A stretch of 64,000 bases of DNA, from the NCBI GenBank assembly GCA_003151615.1, contig PLXZ01000001.1:3795-67794 (forward strand), in the 5' to 3' direction. The notes beneath the pieces were generated by a model, which worked only from the letters and a program-made list of their open reading frames with translations, searched no databases and was not told where the DNA came from. Numbering within the stretch: the stretch's first letter is position 1; the number at the start of each line of letters is the position of its first letter. Below are positions 29,421 through 38,669 of this stretch, piece after piece. The position numbers and the translations under genes are program-made. This DNA comes from Candidatus Tayloriibacteriota bacterium. GTDB taxonomy: Bacteria > Patescibacteriota > Minisyncoccia > Phycocordibacterales > PALSA-1337.

Positions 29421-32400
29421 CTACGAAATCGACAGCCCAAAACGATACGAGTCGACGGCAATTTCCTCTCCGCCGAAAAATTCAACGGAACACGTGATGC
29501 CGGAAAGTCCCGTCGTTTTCATCAGTTCGGTTTTGTTGCGCTCGATGAAGGCTTTGCCCGTTTCGTCGGTCATGACCTTGAGTTCGGCCATATCGGATAT
29601 CGTCAAATTTTCCTTTTTGCGGAGATCCTGAATCGCGCGGATGAGTTCGCGGACATTTCCCTCTTCCTTCAATTCCTGCGTCATCGTCGTGTCGAGTTCG
29701 ATTTCATTTTCCGATGCCGCAACCGCCGACAATGAATCGACCACGCCGACCGCTTTCACGTTTATTTCATCGAGAATAAGATTCAAAAATTCCTGAGTAA
29801 GTGCGGAAGACGCCGGCGTTTTTTTGATTGAAAGTTTTGCGAGCGGCTGGCGAACATTTATTTTCGCCTTCATGCGCGCTTCAAGCGCGACAGACGCCAA
29901 GCGCCGCGTCTCGGCCATATTTTTCAGCACATTTGCGTCGATTTTTCCGGCAGAAGGCCATTGCTCGAGATGCACACTTTCTTTGATTGAATTGTGTCCG
30001 TCATTTTGCGACACATTACCCTTCACGCGCTGATATATGTCTTCGGCAAGAAACGGCATGAATGGGGCAAGCAGCTTCGCGGTCTGGAGAAGAATGTGCC
30101 GGGTCGTCGCGAGAGCCGCTTCTTTTTCCGGACCATCTTCCTTGAACCTGTCGCGCGAACGGCGAAGATACCAGGTCGAAAGGTCATCGATGAAATCGGC
30201 AAACGGACGGGCTGCGCGATCCAATTCATACGCTTCCAACCCGCGCGTAACTTCGTCGGTCAATTGCGCAAGGCGCGCCATGATCCAGCGGTCGAGAACA
30301 TGCGGCGAATCGGCAGTCGACTTGTTGTTCGCTGCAGATTCACCGGACGCCGCGGAAACATACATTTCATAAAAAGTGACAACATTTGCCAGACGGCCAA
30401 TGTGTTTTTTCGCCACTTCGTCCACGCCGCGCTCCGCAAAGGCAAATTCTTGTGCGCGGACGAGCGGTGATGCGAGCAAATAGAAACGCAATGCATCCGC
30501 GCTGTATTTTTCAACGACTGGCATCAAATCCGGATAATTCTTCTTCGACTTTGAAAGTTTTTGGCCGTCTTCGGCAAGAACGATTCCGTTGACGATGACA
30601 TTTTTGTACGGCGACTTGCCAAACAGCGCGACGCCCAAAACAAGCATCGAATAAAACCAGCCGCGCGTCTGGTCCTGGCCTTCGGCGATAAAATCGGCCG
30701 GAAAGCCTTTTGATTTTTTGAAGAGGCCGGATTTCGGTTGGAACATTCCACGCTCAGCCGGGGCCGCAGTCGCATCATTGCAAAACGGGTAATGTGCCTC
30801 GCCAAACGGCATCGAACCGGATTCGAACCAGCAATCAAAAACTTCTTCGATGCGGAGCAGGTCCCGGCCATCGGCTGTTTTCATTTTGAAATCGTCGATG
30901 TACGGTCGATGCAGATCGAGCTCGTATTCTTCATTGTGCGGAAGCGGAGTGAAATCGATACGGAACGGCTTTGCATTGAAAATAAAATGATCGGTATGTC
31001 CGCGCACATCAATAGTCTGGGCACGATTGAGACCTTGCGATGCCGCAACCAAAAGAGCAAGCGGCGAATCGTGCGAGACGATCAAAATGCGCTTGCCGAA
31101 ATATTTTTTTTCCAAATCATAAATGAAGTCGCCCATGCGCTTCTTCAAACCGACATAGTTTTCGCCATGCGGCAGCTGCGTGTCAAAGCGTTCCCCAAAT
31201 TTAAATTTTTTGAGAAATTCCTGAAATTCCATTCCGTTATAATCCCCCGCATTAAGTTCGCCAATGCGCGGGTCGACAATGATGCGGTCGGCCGGGATGC
31301 CGATTTTTTTGGCTATGATTTCAGCGGTCTCGCGCGTGCGAAGAAACGGCGATACATATATATAGTCAAATGCCTTTTTGACATTTTGCGCGGCGAGCCA
31401 TTCAGCGGCTTCAGCCACTTGTTTGCGACCGGTTTCGGTGAGATGATGCGGATTTTCGGCTTTCGAACTGATGATTCCTTTCGTATTATTTTCTGCCTCG
31501 CCGTGGCGGACCGCAAAATATTCGTTGACCGGTTTGCTGTATTTTTTGAGGTCGGCAAGAGAACCAATGACCACCGTTTCGGGCTTTTCTCCGGCCGGTA
31601 AATCACTTTCCTTCGTTCTCCACACCGGCAGAGGCGCACCCCAAAATCGCGACCGTGAAATCGCCCAATCACGCGAACCCAGAAGCCAGTTGCCGAAACG
31701 GCCCTCCCCCACTTCCTGCGGAACCCAATTCACTTTTTTATTTTCCGAAACCAATTTGTCGGTCAATTTCGAAACGGTAACAAACCACGACGAGGTGGCG
31801 TAATTCAGAAGCGGAGTTTCGCAACGCCAGCAATGCGGATACGAGTGCACGATTTTTTCCTTCGCAAACAGCGCCGGACCGAGCTTTTTGATTATCTCGA
31901 CATCGCCTTTCTGATGAGCGTCTTTTTCTTCAGGAGACGATTTTGGCTTCACCATGATGCCCGCGAAATCTGTGACTTCCTTTTTGAAGCGGCCGTCCAT
32001 GCCGACATGCTGAACGAATGGCAAATTATATTTTTTACCAAGCTCCATATCGTCTGCGCCAAATGCCGGAGCAATGTGCACGATACCACTGCCGTCAGTC
32101 GTCGTAACGAAATCAGCCGCATATATTTTCCATCCATTTTCGCGATTTTTGAGAGTTGCGTCTTTTGAATAATAACTGAAAACAGGTTTGTATGATTTCC
32201 CGGCGAGTTCGGAACCTTTCATTGTTGTGATAATTTCATGGGGCATATCCTTCAACACATGCGCCATCCGATCCTTTGCCAAAATGAATATGCCTTTTTC
32301 GGTTTTCACTTTTACATATTCAACGTCGGCGCCGACTGCCAATGCGACATTCCCCGGCAGTGTCCACGGCGTCGTCGTCCATGCAATCAGATAAACAGGC

Positions 32401-33086
32401 TGCTCCCCTAGCGTGCCTTTTTCCGCAAATTCGAATTTCGCATACACAGAAATGTCAGTGATGTCCTTGAAACCTTGATTCACTTCAAAATTGGCGAGTG
32501 TCGTTTCGCAATGCGGACAGATTTGCATAGCCTTGAAGCTTTCCGAAATCAGATTTTTGTCGTAAAGATTTTTAAAAGCCCACCAGACCGATTCGGTGTA
32601 GGTCGCGTCCATCGTGCGGTAGTCGTCCTCCATATCAACCCAGCGTCCGAGGCGTGGAATAATGGTCTTCCAATCCTGCGCATACCGCAAAACACTGTCG
32701 CGGGCGGCGGAATTGAAACGTCCGATGCCGTAATCAATGATGTCTTTTTTTGTCTTGAGACCGAGCTCTTTTTCAATCAGATTTTCTACCGGCAAGCCGT
32801 GGCAATCCCAGCCCCAGCGGCGGCGCACCCGAAAGCCCTGCATTGTCTTGTAACGCGGAATCGCATCCTTTATCGAAGTCGGCAGGACGTGGCCGAAGTG
32901 CGGCAAACCGGTCGCAAACGGCGGCCCGTCATAAAAGACAAAATCGCCCCGCGGTTTTTGAAGCGAAGCCGGCGTCTCCACCGATTTCCGGAAAATATCC
33001 TTTTCGTTCCAGAATTTCAGGATTTTTTCTTCGCGTTCGGCGTGGGCGGATTTTGGAACGGCTTGTTTTTTGTTCTCTTCGGCCAT
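29421..33086 (-). CDS. ileS: Isoleucyl-tRNA synthetase carrying a ~250-aa insertion with a histidine-phosphatase (PGAM-like) domain.
   Basis: HIGH-type motif PHFGH, editing CP1 motif WTTTPWTLP, WAISRSRFWGAPLPVW, and ...CWFESGSMPF. Between the last two lies YFAVRHGEAENN...LTETGRKQ...SPFLRTRETAEI...LIVSHD. The protein is 1221 aa, against about 940-1050 aa for typical IleRS. Confidence 0.9.
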   Translation of the reverse strand: MAEENKKQAVPKSAHAEREEKILKFWNEKDIFRKSVETPASLQKPRGDFVFYDGPPFATGLPHFGHVLPTSIKDAIPRYKTMQGFRVRRRWGWDCHGLPVENLIEKELGLKTKKDIIDYGIGRFNSAARDSVLRYAQDWKTIIPRLGRWVDMEDDYRTMDATYTESVWWAFKNLYDKNLISESFKAMQICPHCETTLANFEVNQGFKDITDISVYAKFEFAEKGTLGEQPVYLIAWTTTPWTLPGNVALAVGADVEYVKVKTEKGIFILAKDRMAHVLKDMPHEIITTMKGSELAGKSYKPVFSYYSKDATLKNRENGWKIYAADFVTTTDGSGIVHIAPAFGADDMELGKKYNLPFVQHVGMDGRFKKEVTDFAGIMVKPKSSPEEKDAHQKGDVEIIKKLGPALFAKEKIVHSYPHCWRCETPLLNYATSSWFVTVSKLTDKLVSENKKVNWVPQEVGEGRFGNWLLGSRDWAISRSRFWGAPLPVWRTKESDLPAGEKPETVVIGSLADLKKYSKPVNEYFAVRHGEAENNTKGIISSKAENPHHLTETGRKQVAEAAEWLAAQNVKKAFDYIYVSPFLRTRETAEIIAKKIGIPADRIIVDPRIGELNAGDYNGMEFQEFLKKFKFGERFDTQLPHGENYVGLKKRMGDFIYDLEKKYFGKRILIVSHDSPLALLVAASQGLNRAQTIDVRGHTDHFIFNAKPFRIDFTPLPHNEEYELDLHRPYIDDFKMKTADGRDLLRIEEVFDCWFESGSMPFGEAHYPFCNDATAAPAERGMFQPKSGLFKKSKGFPADFIAEGQDQTRGWFYSMLVLGVALFGKSPYKNVIVNGIVLAEDGQKLSKSKKNYPDLMPVVEKYSADALRFYLLASPLVRAQEFAFAERGVDEVAKKHIGRLANVVTFYEMYVSAASGESAANNKSTADSPHVLDRWIMARLAQLTDEVTRGLEAYELDRAARPFADFIDDLSTWYLRRSRDRFKEDGPEKEAALATTRHILLQTAKLLAPFMPFLAEDIYQRVKGNVSQNDGHNSIKESVHLEQWPSAGKIDANVLKNMAETRRLASVALEARMKAKINVRQPLAKLSIKKTPASSALTQEFLNLILDEINVKAVGVVDSLSAVAASENEIELDTTMTQELKEEGNVRELIRAIQDLRKKENLTISDMAELKVMTDETGKAFIERNKTELMKTTGLSGITCSVEFFGGEEIAVDSYRFGLSIS
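30852..31619 (-). other. Inserted histidine-phosphatase (phosphoglycerate-mutase superfamily) domain within the ileS ORF, about aa 490-745.
   Basis: RHGEAENN matches the PGAM phosphohistidine signature [LIVM]-x-RHG-[EQ]-x-x-x-N. A downstream SHD/His-containing segment is also present. Confidence 0.65.
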
Positions 33087-33164
33087 AAGAATATGGCTAT
33101 TCTAGCATATTATCGGGAATAATTTGACGGGAAAATCGGATGTGCTAGAATTGAAACACAACAG

Positions 33165-33312
33165 AATACATATCAAGAGTACAGGGAGGGACCTAGCCCG
33201 ATGAACTGTCAGCAACCCTTGCGAAAGCGAGAAGGTGCTACCACTAGCCCGGCAACGGGAATGATAGTTTCATCTCCACAAACTCGCATTCCCGCCGGAA
33301 GCGGGTTTTGTT
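33165..33312 (+). promoter_or_regulatory. SAM-I (S-box) riboswitch with an intrinsic-terminator expression platform, upstream of sat-cysH.
   Basis: ATCAAGAG-TACAG-GGAGGGAC-CTAGCCCGATGAA-CTGTC-AGCAACC...GGTGCTACCACTAGCC matches the S-box core (ATCAAGAGAGGTGGAGGGACTGGCCCGATGAAACCCGGCAACC...GGTGCTAATTCC). It is followed by the hairpin cccgc-cggaa-gcggg plus TTTTGTTGTT at 33281-33312. Confidence 0.75.
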
Positions 33313-33340
33313 GTTATTAGCAGAGTTAACAAAAAATGAT

Positions 33341-34426
33341 ATGTCAAAAGTAAAAAACAGCATTACGCTCACCGAGCGGCAGCTCTACGATCTGGAGCTC
33401 ATAGCAAACGGAGGATTCGCTCCCCTCTCCGGTTTTCTCAACAAGGACGATTACGAAAATGTGGTCAGCGACAGCCGATTGAAAAACGGCGAACTGTGGC
33501 CAATTCCGGTTGTTCTCGATGTCGATAGCGAAATATTTGCTTCAAAAGTCGGCGATATAATCGATCTTAAAAATAGCCGGGGCAAAAAACTGGCGACACT
33601 TACGATCGAATCAATATTCGTGCCGGATAAAAAAGTCGAAGCGAAAAATGTATACGGCACGACGGATATTTCGCATTTCGGCGTAGATTATCTCTTCAAC
33701 AGGACAAAAGACACTTACGTCGGCGGAAAAATTACGGTCACCGAAAAACCGGAGCATGCGGACTTCGCGCACATAAGAAAAAGTCCGGCCGAATTAAAGA
33801 AAATTTTCGTGGAGAAAGGTCTGAAATCGGTCATCGCCTTCCAAACGAGAAATCCGATTCATCGAGCGCATTTTGAAGTAATTACGCGCTCTGCAAAAAA
33901 GCATAATGCGCATATTCTGATTCACCCCGCCGTCGGACCGACAAAGGACGGCGACATTGATTATCCGACTCGCGTGCGGAGCTATGAAAAATTGGTCGCG
34001 CAACGCCTTCCCGATGCGACACTCTCGCTTCTGCCGATAGCAATGAGAATGGCTGGCCCGCGCGAAGCCCTCTGGCATGCAATCATCAGAAAAAATTACG
34101 GTGCGACGCATTTCATCATAGGACGCGACCATGCCAGTCCGGGAAAAGACCTCGCGGGCAAGGCTTTTTATGGCCTGACCGAAGCCCAGGAATTCGCGAT
34201 ACAATACGCCCGGGAAATTGGCATTGAAATCGTCACTTCGCCTGAACTTGTGTATGACGAAAGCCAGAACGAGTACATATCGCCGGAAGACGCGAAAGCC
34301 GTTTCAAAAATCGTCTCGATTTCCGGAACGGAATTCCGGCGGCGCCTGCGCGAAGGAGAAGAAATACCCGGCTGGTTTTCTTTTCCCGAAGTGATTGAAG
34401 AATTAAGCAAAAATAAAATAAATTAA
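33341..34426 (+). CDS. sat: Sulfate adenylyltransferase (ATP sulfurylase).
   Basis: QTRNPIHRAH and GRDHA(S)PG motifs. The start is taken at MSKVKN, since the upstream TTG lies inside the terminator T-tract. Confidence 0.88.
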   Translation: MSKVKNSITLTERQLYDLELIANGGFAPLSGFLNKDDYENVVSDSRLKNGELWPIPVVLDVDSEIFASKVGDIIDLKNSRGKKLATLTIESIFVPDKKVEAKNVYGTTDISHFGVDYLFNRTKDTYVGGKITVTEKPEHADFAHIRKSPAELKKIFVEKGLKSVIAFQTRNPIHRAHFEVITRSAKKHNAHILIHPAVGPTKDGDIDYPTRVRSYEKLVAQRLPDATLSLLPIAMRMAGPREALWHAIIRKNYGATHFIIGRDHASPGKDLAGKAFYGLTEAQEFAIQYAREIGIEIVTSPELVYDESQNEYISPEDAKAVSKIVSISGTEFRRRLREGEEIPGWFSFPEVIEELSKNKIN

Positions 34427-34432
34427 AAAAAT

Positions 34433-35098
34433 ATGATACAAAAAGAAATAGAAAAAATCAATGCGGAACTGAAAGATAAATCCCCTCTTGAAATAATTGA
34501 ATGGGCGGTCGCGCATGCGGACGGCAATGCCATTGTTTCCACAAATTTCCGGCCTTTTGAAGCGGTAATCCTGCATCTCGTCACAAAAATAAAGCCTGAC
34601 ATTCCGGTTTTATGGGCTGACCATGGATATAACCGACCCGCGACATACAGACACGCGGAGGCTCTGAAAAAATTGTTAGGGCTCAATATAAAAGCCTATG
34701 TTCCACGCATAACCGCGGCCCACCGCGACGCAATCGACGGGCCGATTCCTACTCCGGAAAATGAAGCGGAATTGAAAAAATTCAGCACCATATTCAAGTT
34801 GGAACCTTTTCAGCGCGGCATGAAGGAACTGGCACCCAAAGTTTGGATCACCGCCCTTCGCAAAGATCAAAACCCAAACCGCGCCGAAATGGATATCGTC
34901 AGCGACGACAAAAATTTCGGAGTTTTGAAGGTGAATCCCCTTTTTTACTGGAACAATCAGGATCTAGAAAAATATTTGAAGGAAAATAACCTCCCGAACG
35001 AATGGAGTTATTTCGATCCGGCCAAAGCCGACGAAAAACGCGAGTGCGGACTTCACGCCGCATGGGGCGGTGATGCAATTGCGAAAACGGAAAAATAA
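34433..35098 (+). CDS. cysH: Phosphoadenosine-phosphosulfate reductase family protein (CysH-like). It lacks the Fe-S cysteine cluster, so it is PAPS-reductase-like.
   Basis: C-terminal ECGLH motif (KRECGLH) and a PAPS_reduct fold. No CC...CxxC cysteine pairs. Confidence 0.8.
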   Translation: MIQKEIEKINAELKDKSPLEIIEWAVAHADGNAIVSTNFRPFEAVILHLVTKIKPDIPVLWADHGYNRPATYRHAEALKKLLGLNIKAYVPRITAAHRDAIDGPIPTPENEAELKKFSTIFKLEPFQRGMKELAPKVWITALRKDQNPNRAEMDIVSDDKNFGVLKVNPLFYWNNQDLEKYLKENNLPNEWSYFDPAKADEKRECGLHAAWGGDAIAKTEK

Positions 35099-35111
35099 TC
35101 GGCGGAAAAAA

Positions 35112-36809
35112 TCACATCCTCTCCGGCACGGGAATACCGAGCAATGTCAGGCCGTTGCGCATGACGATTTCGAAGGCATGCGTCAAAGCCACGCGATATG
35201 GCGAGAACTCATCATCGGCGGCCACGATTTTATTATTCGCATAATAATTGTTGAAGAGAGCCGAAACAACGATAAGATACGTCGCGATATAGTGCGGCTC
35301 GCATTTTCGCGCGGAATATTCGACGATTTCGGGGAATCGATACAGAACGCGCTCAATGTCGGAGGCTTCGTCCGGATATGAATTGAATTTTTTGACGATT
35401 CCGGCAGCTGCGGCTTTTTCGCGGATCGATTTGGCCCGGACGGTTGCGTATTGCAAATAGGGGCCAGAATCACCTTCGAGAGAAACTGATTTCGTGACGT
35501 CATAAATAATGTCCTCGTCGCTTCCCTGACGGAGAATTGAATATTTAATGGCGCCGATGGCGACTTCTTCGGCAATTGTGTCGGACATTTTTTTGGCGGA
35601 ATCGCCCGTGCCCACTTTTTCCATGATTGCTTTCTTCGTATCCTCAATCAGCGACTCACCGGAAATGATGCCGCCCTTTCGCGAGGACATTTTTCCCGTC
35701 GACAGACGCAGCATGCCGTGCGGAATGTGCTGAATTTTTTTGATGTGCGAATCGGTAAATATTTTGTCGACGGCATCCATCAATACGCGGAAATAATCCC
35801 TGATTTCATTGCCGGTGATGACCACCGACAAATCATAATGGTATGTTTCAAATTTTTTCTTGACCAGGCCGAGTTCCTTCGCCTCATATGTCGGCAAACC
35901 TTCGGAATTAATGAAAACACGCGTATGGAGACCGCGATCTTCGTCGCCTTTGAAAACAATCGCACCTTCGCTTTTTTCAAAAATACCCTTATTCAAGCCT
36001 TCCTCGACAAGTTTCGCCCCGATCGGCGCAGTCTCGCTTTCGAAAAAATAATAGTCGAATTTCGTGCCGAGTCTTTTATACATTGATTCAAAACCGTTGA
36101 GCGAATCCTCCCTTCCCTTCGCGTAAATCTCATTTATTTTCGGATCTTCCTTGGAATATATTTTTTTGTTTATCGCAATTATTTCCTTTTTCGCCTCTTC
36201 ACTTTCGTCATATGCCGCGGCGCCGGCGACATAATATTCGCCGAAATGCGCGCCGGGAGTTCCTTGCAAATATCCCCAAATCGCCTTCGCAACATGCAGA
36301 CCAACATCACCTTGATAACAGGCGCGCTTGACTTCGGCTCCGGAAACATGAATGATACGCGCAATCGATTCGCCAATCGTGTTGCTCATCAAGTGGCCGA
36401 TGTGGAATTCCTTGAACGGATTAGGGTCGGTGTATTCTACGATGACTTTTTTTACGCCTGATTTTGAATATAATTCGTTGTGCCCGAATTTTTTGTCGGC
36501 GGAAATAATGTCGGAGACGCTTTGCGAGAAAAACTCGCGGGAAATGAAAAAGTTGATGAAACCGGGACCGGCGATTTCGACTTTTTTTACGTGATTGATT
36601 TGTGCCAATTGTCCGGCGATTTTTTCAGCCAACGCGCGCGGAGACATTCCGGCCTTCCGGGCGTACACAAGGGCCACATTGGTCATATAATCTCCATGTG
36701 ACAATTCTTCCGGATGTTCAACGGTAAAGGTCGCCGCATCGCCGATCGTTTCGATGCCGAGATTGCCCAATGCCTGGATGATATTTCTCTCGAGAAGCTG
36801 GCGTATCAT
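35112..36809 (-). CDS. argS: Arginyl-tRNA synthetase.
   Basis: HIGH-type motif FHIGHL, the class I ArgRS layout, and an anticodon-binding C-terminus. The start is taken at MIRQLLERN. Confidence 0.9.
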   Translation of the reverse strand: MIRQLLERNIIQALGNLGIETIGDAATFTVEHPEELSHGDYMTNVALVYARKAGMSPRALAEKIAGQLAQINHVKKVEIAGPGFINFFISREFFSQSVSDIISADKKFGHNELYSKSGVKKVIVEYTDPNPFKEFHIGHLMSNTIGESIARIIHVSGAEVKRACYQGDVGLHVAKAIWGYLQGTPGAHFGEYYVAGAAAYDESEEAKKEIIAINKKIYSKEDPKINEIYAKGREDSLNGFESMYKRLGTKFDYYFFESETAPIGAKLVEEGLNKGIFEKSEGAIVFKGDEDRGLHTRVFINSEGLPTYEAKELGLVKKKFETYHYDLSVVITGNEIRDYFRVLMDAVDKIFTDSHIKKIQHIPHGMLRLSTGKMSSRKGGIISGESLIEDTKKAIMEKVGTGDSAKKMSDTIAEEVAIGAIKYSILRQGSDEDIIYDVTKSVSLEGDSGPYLQYATVRAKSIREKAAAAGIVKKFNSYPDEASDIERVLYRFPEIVEYSARKCEPHYIATYLIVVSALFNNYYANNKIVAADDEFSPYRVALTHAFEIVMRNGLTLLGIPVPERM

Positions 36810-36923
36810 AGGAAAACTATAGCATTTTTTGGTGAGTTGGCCAAAAGAAGTCCGCGCTGTCCAAGAAAAAGCGCATCGGTTATTGAAACCGACGCGCTCA
36901 TGAAAAACCACAGGGCGAAAAAA

Positions 36924-37322
36924 TCAAACGAGAAGAAACTGTTCGGGCAGAATCGCCTGGCCGTTAACCAGAACGCTCGTCAGACCGAAATTGTTTCCTG
37001 CGGCAAAGTCCGCCTGACTGCCGGCGAAAAAGAACTTCCGATGAACGTCATGCTCCATGCAAATCAGACGGATCAAATTGGCCAAGAGACGGAAACAATC
37101 ATCCCGCGATTGGGTGGTCGAAATGCAATGGCCTAAAAATAAGGTGCGCGAGCCGAGCATGAAAACTTTGGGCCATTCAAAACACGGTTCGCTGTCCGAA
37201 GCTATGAACACTTTCAAGACTTTCTCGGAATCGAGAATCGGATCGGCCCATGAAGCGATAGCTGAACTGTCGGGCGTGAACAGCGTGTCAAATCCGAAAA
37301 CGACAAGATTCTTTTTTGCCAT
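36924..37322 (-). CDS. Hypothetical protein (132 aa).
   Basis: ORF only. No recognised motif. Confidence 0.4.
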   Translation of the reverse strand: MAKKNLVVFGFDTLFTPDSSAIASWADPILDSEKVLKVFIASDSEPCFEWPKVFMLGSRTLFLGHCISTTQSRDDCFRLLANLIRLICMEHDVHRKFFFAGSQADFAAGNNFGLTSVLVNGQAILPEQFLLV

Positions 37323-37433
37323 GTGAAAATCCTCCCGGTTGGTTGAATTGTTGACTGTTGAGTTTCGAAAACTGCGACAAACTACCCTGCACTACTGCGC
37401 TCATTGTACCACGTCCGTAAGCTACGTAAAATA

Positions 37434-38669
37434 TTAGCCCCGCAAAATCGAATCTATTTTTTTGGCCAGTTTGACGAAGTCTTTTTCAAGTTTCCCGCGC
37501 GTCGTTTCTGCGGCGGAACCGAGGCGAATACCGGATGGGTCGGTCGGAGGGCGCTTGTCAAAAGGAATTGCATTTTTATTGACGATGATGCCGGCTTTTT
37601 CCAATTTATCACTCGCCTCCTTGCCTGAAACCGCGCCGGCTCCCTTCGCATTTTTCTGACCGTTCATCCATGTGTCAACGAGAACCAAATGCGAATCCGT
37701 TCCGCCGGAAATGATTTTCCACCCGCGTTTCGTCAATTCGCCGGCAAGAGCCGTAGCATTTTTCTTGACCTGTTTCGCATATTTTTTGAAAGCCGGAGCG
37801 GCTGCTTCTTTCAAAGCCACCGCGACAGCGGCAATTTGATTGATGTGAGGACCGCCCTGGAGACCAGGAAAAACAGCCTTGTCGATTTTTGATGAAATCG
37901 AAACCGGACCATTGGTGCCATCGACATGCCGGTCGAGCCGGCTGAAAATCATAGCCGCGCGCGGACCGCGCAGTGTTTTGTGGACCGTTGTCGTGACGAT
38001 ATCAGCATATTCAAAAGGCGACGGATATTCCTTCCCCGCAACGAGTCCGGCAAAGTGCGACATATCCACCATCAAAAGCGCGGACTGACCCGTTTCATTT
38101 TTCGCCGCGTCGGCAATGTCGCGGAATTTTTTGAAATCAATGGCGCGCGGATATGCCGTAAATCCGGCGACAATGATGACCGGTTTCTCCCGCATCGCAA
38201 TTTCGCGCAATTCCCCGTAATTGAGCTGCTCCAATTTCGCATCAACACCATATGGAACCTGAACCCAGAATTTTCCGGTAGCGGAAACTTTGTGACCGTG
38301 GGTCAAATGACCTCCATGGTCGAGCGACATGCCCATGATTTTTCCTCCGGGCGGAACGAGTGCTGTGTAAACGGCCAAGTTGGCCGGCGAACCCGACAAA
38401 GGCTGCACATTCACATGCCATTTATCAGCCGACAAACCGAAAGCTTTCAATGCACGCTCAATCGCCAACATCTCGATTTTATCCACCACTTCATTGCCGC
38501 CATAGTAGCGCTTGCCCGCATACCCTTCCGCATATTTATTCGTCAGTTCCGAGCCGAGCGCATCCAAAACATCCTGCGACACATAGTTTTCCGACGCAAT
38601 CAGATTCACGACTTTTTTCTGCCGCTTTTTCTCCGCATCAATCAGTTTTTTAATGGCGGCGTCTTTCAT
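37434..38669 (-). CDS. glyA: Serine hydroxymethyltransferase.
   Basis: IASENYVS...LTNKYAEGY...GGHLTHGHKVS is the SHMT signature. Confidence 0.95.
   Translation of the reverse strand: MKDAAIKKLIDAEKKRQKKVVNLIASENYVSQDVLDALGSELTNKYAEGYAGKRYYGGNEVVDKIEMLAIERALKAFGLSADKWHVNVQPLSGSPANLAVYTALVPPGGKIMGMSLDHGGHLTHGHKVSATGKFWVQVPYGVDAKLEQLNYGELREIAMREKPVIIVAGFTAYPRAIDFKKFRDIADAAKNETGQSALLMVDMSHFAGLVAGKEYPSPFEYADIVTTTVHKTLRGPRAAMIFSRLDRHVDGTNGPVSISSKIDKAVFPGLQGGPHINQIAAVAVALKEAAAPAFKKYAKQVKKNATALAGELTKRGWKIISGGTDSHLVLVDTWMNGQKNAKGAGAVSGKEASDKLEKAGIIVNKNAIPFDKRPPTDPSGIRLGSAAETTRGKLEKDFVKLAKKIDSILRG

Noticed and set aside
30811-30850. tRNA-like GGATTCGAACC T-loop motif.
   Set aside because: It lies inside the ileS coding frame with no acceptor or anticodon arms that fold. 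Coincidental.
29421-33086. Intein in IleRS as an explanation for the extra length.
   Set aside because: There are no Cys/Ser N-terminal and His-Asn C-terminal splice-junction residues and no HNH/LAGLIDADG block. The inserted region instead carries a PGAM RHGE motif.
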